IMG/VR virus record: IMGVR_UViG_3300028886_000089
Coordinates: 5,080 to 69,079 of that record
Origin: a virus
Lineage: Duplodnaviria; Caudoviricetes
Direction: 5' to 3' (one strand)
Length of the DNA: 64,000 nucleotides
The notes under the pieces are model-generated. The model saw only the letters and a list, made by a program, of their open reading frames with translations, was not told where the DNA came from and made no database searches. Both the position numbers and the translations under genes were made by a program. Position 1 is the first letter of the stretch, and the number at the start of each line of letters is the position of its first letter. Of this stretch, positions 26,888-34,793 are shown piece by piece.

Positions 26888-28451
26888 TAAACGAGATACT
26901 CAACAAATACTCGGCTGTTTAATGAAGAAACCGCAGTTATTAAGTGAGATTGACAAATATTCATTTATCTTAACTGATTTTCCTTCAAGATTTGAACGGT
27001 CAATATTTATGGCAATAAATGGGTTGTATAAGAATGGAGCAACAAAAATACAACCTATTGATATAGAGAACTTTATAGAACCAGACCAAGTATCTGCGAA
27101 ATTATTTAAGGATAAAAATGGAATTGAATATCTACAGGATATAGTAGAGCTATCAGAAGTTGATAACTTTGATTTCTATTATAATAGATTTAAGATGTTC
27201 AATTTGTTAAAGGACTTAAAGAAACAAGGTTTTGATACAAGTGAGTTCTATTGTGAAGACTTGGCAAATCCGAAAGCAGATGAAATAAACCAAGCATTTA
27301 ATATGTTAAGTCCGAAACTGATAACTGACGCAGTAAGAAAAAAGTTATTAGGAGTAGAAGCTAAATATGAAACAACTGATGAAATAGAAATTGAAGCCGC
27401 CGCAAAAGGAATGGCAACATTAGTTGATGAGTTCGGTGCAGCATATGAGATTGGTATGCCGGTTCAGGGCACGATATATAATCAGGTAATTGATGGAGCG
27501 AAGAAAGGCACTTTGACGATTAGGTCTGCGGCCAGTGGTGTAGGAAAGACAAGGAATGCAGTAGCTGATGCTTGTTATTTAGCTTATCCTTTTAGATATA
27601 ATAGTACGACTTGTAGCTGGGAACAAGAAGGCAACAGTGAAAAAGTTCTGTTCATCGTGACCGAGCAGAGATTTAAAGAAGTTAGAACGATGATTCTAGC
27701 TTACTTAACAGATATAAATGCTACAAGATTTAAATATGCAGATTTCTCTGATAGAGAACGCGCAGTCATCACACAGGCGATTCATTTGATGGAGAAGTAT
27801 AATAATTTAATTCTCGTAAAAATGCCGAATCCAACAATTGAGTCGGTCAAAACAATTGTAAGAGAGAATTGTATTATTTATGATATAGGTTATGTATTTT
27901 ATGACTATATATTTATTGGACCATCGCTGTTAAATGAGTTTAAAGGTTTTGCTTTGAGAAATGATGAAGTATTACTTATGTTTGCTACGGCGCTGAAAGA
28001 TTTGGCAGTTGAATTAGATGTAGCAATGTTTACTTCAACACAGTTAAATGCAAAAGGTGATGATAATAAAGATATAAGAAATGAAGGAACTCTTGCGGGC
28101 GGCCGTAGCACAATTAACAAAGCAGATAATGGCGCTGTAATGGCAAGACCGACAAAAGAAGAATTAGAGATACTCGCGCCGCTGTATGAAAATCATCCAG
28201 AGAATAAACCGAACTTAGTAACTGATATTTTTAAGGTGAGAAGTGGTGAATGGACGCAGGTGAGAATTTGGTCTGATATGAACTTGGGTACCTTAAAGAA
28301 AAGAGATTTGTTTATAACTGATTCACGAATGGACCCGATTGATAATTTTAATTCACGAATTGAATATAATATTAAGAGTTGGGAAGATTCGGAAGATGAA
28401 CATATAAATGTAATAGTAGAAAGGTTAAATCAAGGTGAGATAATTGATTGA
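26880..28451 (+). CDS. DnaB-like replicative helicase
   Basis: SAASGVGKTR Walker A, FYDYI, LKDLAVEL..MFTSTQLN, GGRSTINKAD. Confidence 0.85.
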   Translation: MIDKRDTQQILGCLMKKPQLLSEIDKYSFILTDFPSRFERSIFMAINGLYKNGATKIQPIDIENFIEPDQVSAKLFKDKNGIEYLQDIVELSEVDNFDFYYNRFKMFNLLKDLKKQGFDTSEFYCEDLANPKADEINQAFNMLSPKLITDAVRKKLLGVEAKYETTDEIEIEAAAKGMATLVDEFGAAYEIGMPVQGTIYNQVIDGAKKGTLTIRSAASGVGKTRNAVADACYLAYPFRYNSTTCSWEQEGNSEKVLFIVTEQRFKEVRTMILAYLTDINATRFKYADFSDRERAVITQAIHLMEKYNNLILVKMPNPTIESVKTIVRENCIIYDIGYVFYDYIFIGPSLLNEFKGFALRNDEVLLMFATALKDLAVELDVAMFTSTQLNAKGDDNKDIRNEGTLAGGRSTINKADNGAVMARPTKEELEILAPLYENHPENKPNLVTDIFKVRSGEWTQVRIWSDMNLGTLKKRDLFITDSRMDPIDNFNSRIEYNIKSWEDSEDEHINVIVERLNQGEIID

Positions 28452-29496
28452 TTATAAAAGTATAGTTGAACAATTAGATACTCATAAAGTTATTCAATTG
28501 ATGATTACACTTGGCGCAGATGAGTTTATTGAAAAACCAGGATATATAATTTTTCCTACTATCTGTCATAATGAAGATGCAAGTGATGCATCTATGAAGC
28601 TTTATTATTATGAGAATAGTCATATGTTTGTGTGCTACACAGAATGTGGTAATATGAATATCTTTTCATTTATGAAGCATTACTATGATGCTCGCGGCAT
28701 TTCATATGACTGGTATCAAGACATATATAAGGTAATTCTTGATTGTAGTAATTATAATCCCAACTTTGGGTTCGCGCCGCAGAAGTATCAGCGTATACGT
28801 GATATATACGCTGCACCCGAGCGTGTGGAATTACCAACATATCCAAATGGTATTATAGATGTATTTACGAAGTTCTATCCTCCGGAGTGGTTAAACGATG
28901 GCATTACTAAAAAGAGTATGGAAAAATTTAATATACGCTATTCGGTGCCACAGAATAAGATTATAATACCGCATTATAATCCAAAGGGAGAACTTATAGG
29001 CATACGAGGTCGCGCGCTTAATCAATGGGAAATTGAGAATGTGGGTAAGTATATGCCGGTGCAGATAGAAGGTAAGTGGTATAGTCATCCACTATCGCTT
29101 AACCTATACGGATTAAATATAACAAAAGACAACATCCGAAGAACTGGCACCTGTTTCTTATTTGAAGCAGAAAAAAGTTGCTTACAGTTTGAAGGCTTTG
29201 ACTTTGCAAATTGTTCGGCCGCTGTATGCGGAAGTCAGTTCAATAAGCATGCTTTAAAACTGTTGATGCAAACCGCACACCCGCGCGAGGTCGTAATTTG
29301 TTTTGATAAAGAAGAAAAACCAGGTAGTGATGAATATTTCAATAAACTATGGAATATAGGGAAGAAATATTCTAACTATGCTGATTTTTCATTTATATAT
29401 GATAGAGAAAATTTATTAGATATGAAAGATTCACCGACCGATAAGGGAAGTGAAGTATTTTGGAAGTTATATAGAAAGAGAGTAGTGGTAAAATGA
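28444..29496 (+). CDS. DNA primase (Zn-binding plus TOPRIM)
   Basis: TICHN...CYTEC zinc finger, IIIPHY..GELIGIRGR, FEAEKS, ICFDKE. Confidence 0.8.
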   Translation: MIDYKSIVEQLDTHKVIQLMITLGADEFIEKPGYIIFPTICHNEDASDASMKLYYYENSHMFVCYTECGNMNIFSFMKHYYDARGISYDWYQDIYKVILDCSNYNPNFGFAPQKYQRIRDIYAAPERVELPTYPNGIIDVFTKFYPPEWLNDGITKKSMEKFNIRYSVPQNKIIIPHYNPKGELIGIRGRALNQWEIENVGKYMPVQIEGKWYSHPLSLNLYGLNITKDNIRRTGTCFLFEAEKSCLQFEGFDFANCSAAVCGSQFNKHALKLLMQTAHPREVVICFDKEEKPGSDEYFNKLWNIGKKYSNYADFSFIYDRENLLDMKDSPTDKGSEVFWKLYRKRVVVK

Positions 29497-29687
29497 TAGA
29501 AAAAGTTTTAATGGATAGAGATGAATTTCAGCGTTATATTATTGAATATATTAATAGTGATGAATTTAACCAACATTATAACTCTATGAAATTTACTGAT
29601 GATAAACAAGCTTTTATGCAAGGATTAGTATGGGCCGCTCTATTAACAGTAAGAGTACCACATTACTATTTAAAAGGAGATGAATAA
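29493..29687 (+). CDS. Hypothetical protein
   Basis: Coupled small ORF. Confidence 0.55.
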   Translation: MIEKVLMDRDEFQRYIIEYINSDEFNQHYNSMKFTDDKQAFMQGLVWAALLTVRVPHYYLKGDE

Positions 29688-29689
29688 TT

Positions 29690-29881
29690 ATGGCTGATTT
29701 TATATACTTCTGGGTAGGAGTAATACTAGCCTCTGTTTTTTATTATAAAACCGATGATTGGAGAATTAAAAGATTGAAGCAAAATGGATATGATGCAGCA
29801 GTGCGTGATATTATAGAGTTTGGATACTATTATGATACAAATAATAATAAGATTAATGTAATAGTTAATAAAAGAGGGTAG
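29690..29881 (+). CDS. Hypothetical small membrane protein
   Basis: N-terminal hydrophobic helix; AAGGAG RBS. Confidence 0.55.
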   Translation: MADFIYFWVGVILASVFYYKTDDWRIKRLKQNGYDAAVRDIIEFGYYYDTNNNKINVIVNKRG

Positions 29882-29888
29882 GAATAAA

Positions 29889-30089
29889 ATGACATTAACT
29901 CAAAAAGAACAAAAAGATATTTTAAATACTATAGGAGAAGCAGCTAATAATATAGGCTGGGCTTTAATAAAAGCTAATGGCCAGGCTCAATGCCATTATT
30001 TAGGAGCTACGTTAACTCGTTTATCTGATTTAATGATACAAGTTAATAAGGCAGAAATTAAAGAATTAAATATAGGGGATTATTTTTAA
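29889..30089 (+). CDS. Hypothetical protein
   Basis: AGGA RBS; TAATG coupling to recJ. Confidence 0.55.
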   Translation: MTLTQKEQKDILNTIGEAANNIGWALIKANGQAQCHYLGATLTRLSDLMIQVNKAEIKELNIGDYF

Positions 30090-31843
30090 TGAAATGTAAA
30101 TTAGTAAATAAAGATATAAGACAAAATTATACAAATGAATTACTTATGGAGCGCGGACTGAGTCCCGTTGAATTAGAATATTTTCTAAACCCCGACGGCT
30201 CATATCTTCAGTCTCCTTATGGCTTAGATTATATAAACCAGGCTAGACGTATGTTTGATACTATGGTTAATCAAACAGCTGAAGATACAATTATGGTAGT
30301 AGTTGATTCCGATGTAGATGGTTTTACTTCCGCAGCAATTTTCATTCAGTATCTACGTAAGTTTAATAAAGAAGTTAAAGTGATTCCTATACTCCATAGC
30401 GGAAAGGGACATGGATTATCAGATACCTACGAGAAAATTAGTAGTCAAATTGAAGATGGTGAAAATGTAAAGTTTGTAGTACTTCCAGATGCAGGCAGTA
30501 ATGACTTTGAATATATTGAAAAACTTGGAAATAATTATGGAATTAATTGTTTAATTCTTGACCACCATATTGTAGAACCAGATACTCATTTTTCAGACTA
30601 TGCAGTTATTGTAAATAATCAGTTGTCTCCAAATTATGTTAATAAAGAATTATGTGGTGCAGGAGTAACTTGGCAGTTTTGTAGATGGTGTGATATACTT
30701 TATCATACTAATTATGCCGATGAATTTATCGACCTGGCCGCACTTGGTCTAATTTCTGATATGATGTCGATGTTATCACTTGAGAATAGATATATCGTCC
30801 ATACAGGTCTTAATAATATAAATAACTATTTCTTTCAAGCATTATGTGAAAAGCAATCATTCTCAATGGGCGGCAAAGTAAATCCAATCAGTGTAGCCTT
30901 TTATATAACCCCACTTATCAACGCAATGATTCGCGCGGGCGCGCAAGAAGAAAAAGAACGTTGTTTCCAAGCCTTTATTGACGGACATGCACTGGTCGAA
31001 TCTCATAAGCGTGGTGCGAAGGGAACCTACGAAGAAGTTGCCATTGAGTCCGCGCGCGAGTGTACGAATGCACGTGCGAAGCAGAATCGTATACTTGATA
31101 AAGCAGTTGAGGAGCTTGAAATTAAAATTGCAAAGCATGATTTACTTTCAAATAAGGTATTATTTATTAGATTAGAAGAAGACGACCAATTCCCGCCAGA
31201 GTTAAATGGACTTGTAGCTATGAAGCTGAGCGCAAAGTATAAGAAGCCAACCATAGTGGCGCGCCTTAACGAAGAGGGAGAGATTAAAGGGTCAAGTAGA
31301 GGTTTAAATGAATCAGAACTTACATCTTTTAAAAACTTCATGGATAATAGCGGTTATTTCACTTTCACTGCAGGCCATGATAACGCATGTGGTATAGGGA
31401 TTTTAGATAAGAACCTTGCCGCTTTCCATGAATATGCGAATAAAGAACTTGCCAATGTAGATTTTGGTGAGTCATGGTATGAAGTTAATTTTGAACGCAT
31501 CGCTGCAGATACTGACATTGAAGATTTAATTATAGATATTGCAAGTCATGAAGATTTGTGGGGACAGCAAAATCCACAGCCTTTAATTCATATTAAGGAT
31601 ATTAACATAACGAAAAACGATATACAGATAATGGGACGCAGTGCAGATACCGTTAAAATTACCAAGTTCGGTATTGCTTATTTAAAGTTCCATGCAAAAG
31701 ATTTCATTGAAGAACTTGGTAAATATGATAATATAAAATTAGAGGTTGTTGGAAGGGCGAACCTGAACGAGTGGATGGGAAATTTCACTAGTCAAATTTT
31801 TATAGATAACTATCAAATAGAAGATGGAACATTGGGGTTTTAA
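30089..31843 (+). CDS. recJ: RecJ-like ssDNA exonuclease (DHH family)
   Basis: DSDVDGFTS, PDAGSND, LDHH, ELCGAGV, GSSRG, AGHDNACG. Confidence 0.9.
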   Translation: MKCKLVNKDIRQNYTNELLMERGLSPVELEYFLNPDGSYLQSPYGLDYINQARRMFDTMVNQTAEDTIMVVVDSDVDGFTSAAIFIQYLRKFNKEVKVIPILHSGKGHGLSDTYEKISSQIEDGENVKFVVLPDAGSNDFEYIEKLGNNYGINCLILDHHIVEPDTHFSDYAVIVNNQLSPNYVNKELCGAGVTWQFCRWCDILYHTNYADEFIDLAALGLISDMMSMLSLENRYIVHTGLNNINNYFFQALCEKQSFSMGGKVNPISVAFYITPLINAMIRAGAQEEKERCFQAFIDGHALVESHKRGAKGTYEEVAIESARECTNARAKQNRILDKAVEELEIKIAKHDLLSNKVLFIRLEEDDQFPPELNGLVAMKLSAKYKKPTIVARLNEEGEIKGSSRGLNESELTSFKNFMDNSGYFTFTAGHDNACGIGILDKNLAAFHEYANKELANVDFGESWYEVNFERIAADTDIEDLIIDIASHEDLWGQQNPQPLIHIKDINITKNDIQIMGRSADTVKITKFGIAYLKFHAKDFIEELGKYDNIKLEVVGRANLNEWMGNFTSQIFIDNYQIEDGTLGF

Positions 31844-31845
31844 TT

Positions 31846-32631
31846 ATGATTTATCAAGGAAGTAAAAATAAATATGCCGATAGTATAGTACCAATTTTAC
31901 AAAAATTAATTGATGATAATAATATTCAATTATATGTTGAGCCATTTGTAGGCGGTGCAAATATAATAGATAAAATTAATTGTCCACATAAATATGGAAT
32001 AGATAAAAATTATTCTTTAATTTGTTTATTAAGAAAAGCTCAAGAAGCTCCAGAAGATATACCATCAACTGGAAGTAAAGAATTGTGGTATCAAGCCAAA
32101 GATATCTATAGACGTTATAAAGGTGAACCACAAATGGAAGAAGAAATGGAAGGTTGGCGTATTGGAGCCATTCAATTTTTAGGTAGTTATAATAGAGGCG
32201 GTTTTAGTCGTGGTTATGCTAATTCCACAAAGGAACAAGATTTCTATAAACAAGCTTATGATAATTTAATAAAACAAGCTAAAGAACCAAAATTTAAAGA
32301 TATTATTTTTTGTCACTCTAATTATAATGAATTACAATTAGATGATAACTTTCCAACTCTAATTTATTGTGATCCACCATATGAAAACACTAAACCATAT
32401 GGATATAAATTCGAAACCGACTTTGACTATAAATATTATTGGAATTGGGTGCGAAAAATGAGTCAAAAACATATTGTAATATGTAGCGAACAAAATTTTC
32501 CATCTGATTTTAATATTATATGGCAAAAAGAAGTAAAACGAACTATGAATAATAAGCGTAAAACAGCTATTGAAAAACTTGGTATTTATAGCGGTGATTT
32601 AAATTGGAAGTTATTGGTAGAGCAAACGTAA
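31846..32631 (+). CDS. Dam/D12-class N6-adenine DNA methyltransferase
   Basis: YQGSK, YVEPFVGGANI, IYCDPPY. Confidence 0.85.
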   Translation: MIYQGSKNKYADSIVPILQKLIDDNNIQLYVEPFVGGANIIDKINCPHKYGIDKNYSLICLLRKAQEAPEDIPSTGSKELWYQAKDIYRRYKGEPQMEEEMEGWRIGAIQFLGSYNRGGFSRGYANSTKEQDFYKQAYDNLIKQAKEPKFKDIIFCHSNYNELQLDDNFPTLIYCDPPYENTKPYGYKFETDFDYKYYWNWVRKMSQKHIVICSEQNFPSDFNIIWQKEVKRTMNNKRKTAIEKLGIYSGDLNWKLLVEQT

Positions 32632-32708
32632 ATTATTGGGGCGGATATGCTACTCCACAGATTTTTATAAGTAATTATCAAATTGAAGATGGAACATTGA
32701 GGTTTTAA
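32601..32708 (+). pseudogene. Second copy of the last 35 codons of recJ
   Basis: KLEVIGRANVNYWGGYATPQIFISNYQIEDGTLRF* versus KLEVVGRANLNEWMGNFTSQIFIDNYQIEDGTLGF* (31736-31843), 26/35 identical. Confidence 0.85.
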
Positions 32709-32710
32709 AT

Positions 32711-33457
32711 ATGATAGAGTTAAAACAAGGAGACTGTTTAGAATTAATGAAAGATATACCTTCACATAGTATTGATATGATATTATGTGATTTACCTTAT
32801 GGGACCACCTCTTGTAAATGGGATATTATTATACCATTTGAACCACTATGGGAAGAATATAAAAGAATAATAAAAAATAATGGAGCTATTGCTCTTTTTG
32901 GAAAGCAACCGTTTACTTCTTTTTTGATACAATCGAATTTAAAATGGTGGCGATATGAATTAATTTGGGAAAAGGAAAAAGGAACAGATTTTGGTAATGC
33001 TAATCGAAAGCCTTTAAATGCTCACGAATCAATTCAAATTTTTTATAATAAACAACCAACTTATAATAAACAAATGCTTCCAGGACAACCTTATACTAAA
33101 AAGAATTATCATAATAATAATGAAGAAGATTTAAATTTTAAATCAGATAATAGTGGTATATGGATAAACAAAGGAGAACGCACTCCAATAACAGTATTAA
33201 AATTTACAAGAGATAATATTCATAAAGGAACTAATTTTCATCCAACTCAAAAACCGGTAAAATTATTAGAATGGCTAATTAAATCTTATACTAATGAAGG
33301 CGAAACTGTATTAGATAACTGCATGGGTTCTGGCAGTACTGGAATAGCTTGTGTTAATACTAACAGAAAATTTATCGGTTATGAATTAAATAAAGAATAT
33401 TTTGAAATTGCAAAGAAAAGAATTGAAGATGCCAAAATAAAATTGACAAAACAGTAA
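32711..33457 (+). CDS. N4-C/N6-A DNA methyltransferase (beta class)
   Basis: ILCDLPYG, HPTQKP, VLDNCMGSGSTG. Confidence 0.9.
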   Translation: MIELKQGDCLELMKDIPSHSIDMILCDLPYGTTSCKWDIIIPFEPLWEEYKRIIKNNGAIALFGKQPFTSFLIQSNLKWWRYELIWEKEKGTDFGNANRKPLNAHESIQIFYNKQPTYNKQMLPGQPYTKKNYHNNNEEDLNFKSDNSGIWINKGERTPITVLKFTRDNIHKGTNFHPTQKPVKLLEWLIKSYTNEGETVLDNCMGSGSTGIACVNTNRKFIGYELNKEYFEIAKKRIEDAKIKLTKQ

Positions 33458-33471
33458 AAATCTGATATAAT
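33443..33471 (+). promoter_or_regulatory. SigA-type promoter
   Basis: TTGACA-17 nt-TATAAT with TG. Confidence 0.85.
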
Positions 33472-33506
33472 TATAATATAAAATAAGAGAAAAGGAGTAA
33501 TGTGAA

Positions 33507-33665
33507 TTGAAAGAAGAACTTTTACAATTATATATAGAAGCATTAGACGAAGCAACAAGTTTCTTTTTAAGTGACTATGCTAGTACTATCAATGAATGGG
33601 AAGAAAGACAAAAGTCTGATAAGGAACAAATAGAATATTTTAAATCACTATTAAATCAATTATAA
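33507..33665 (+). CDS. Hypothetical 52-aa protein (not in the track)
   Basis: TTG start after AAGGAG: MKEELLQLYIEALDEATSFFLSDYASTINEWEERQKSDKEQIEYFKSLLNQL*. Confidence 0.55.
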   Translation: MKEELLQLYIEALDEATSFFLSDYASTINEWEERQKSDKEQIEYFKSLLNQL

Positions 33666-33866
33666 TTTATAAGTCCTACGTACACAGCGGCCGTTCAACT
33701 TATTTTACGGGTGGGTTCAACCTATTTGTGAAATAGGTTGGGCGGCCGCCTTCGACATACAATTTCGACGATTTTCAAAGAGAAAAATCTAATATTTTTT
33801 CTCAATTTGGAATACTTTATATAATTATTTTCTACTTATAATTAGAAAGGAAATAAGGAGAAAATT

Positions 33867-34739
33867 ATGGCTAGTATATATAAAATAACAGATGCAACAA
33901 ATGGGTGGGTTTATATTGGAGAAACTACCCGTACAGTTCAGGTAAGATGGAAACAACATTTGTCTCGTGCGAAAGACTTACAATATACTGAATATTTATA
34001 TAGAGCAATGCGTACACACGGAATAGAAAATTTTTCAGTCGAACAAATTGCAGAATGTGATGATAAAGATAGGTTTAAAGTTGAGACTGAATATATTACA
34101 AAATATAACTCTTGGGTTGGCTTTGAAAATCATAGGGGATATAATTTAGTTTTATCTCAAGAGGGTATTGCACCTATTATGGCACAAGAAATTTTGAATT
34201 GCTGGAATGACGGCTTGACTTTAGTGCAAATCAGTGAAAGATTACATGTCTGCGATAAAACAGTACGTTATTCATTAAGAAACAGTGGAATAACAGAAGA
34301 ACAAGTATTAGAAAGACGTAATCAAAATGCAGGAAAACATAGTCGAAAACCGGTTATTCAATACACAATGGATGGGGAGTATGTTAATGAATATGAATCT
34401 ATTTCAGATGCCGCGCGAGCAATGAATAAAACATCTCCTGCTCAAATTCAAAAATCTTGTGCGGGTAAAATTTCATTAACGGCATATGGATACATTTGGC
34501 AATATAAAGACGACGATAATGTTGAAGAAATAATATCCATTTTAAAAACAAAGAATAAAAAGGGGATTAATAAAAAAGCAATTCAACAAATAGATATAGA
34601 TGGTAATATTATAGCAGAATATGAATCAGCCTCTGCTGCCGGCAGAGCTTTTAATAAAGCACACACAGCCTTTGCTAAAGCCGCGAGAAATGGTAATATG
34701 GCTTATGGTTATTATTGGAAATATAAATTGACAAATTAG
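33867..34739 (+). mobile_element. Free-standing GIY-YIG homing endonuclease with NUMOD1-like repeats
   Basis: IYKIT..GWVYIGET..RWKQH; two VIQY..DG..V.EYES...AAR repeats; upstream of dnaE. Confidence 0.85.
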
Positions 34740-34756
34740 AAAAAATCTGTTATAAT
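34728..34756 (+). promoter_or_regulatory. SigA-type promoter for dnaE
   Basis: TTGACA-17 nt-TATAAT with TG. Confidence 0.85.
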
Positions 34757-34793
34757 TATAATATAGGTTAAAGTAGAGATAAAGGAGTAATTA

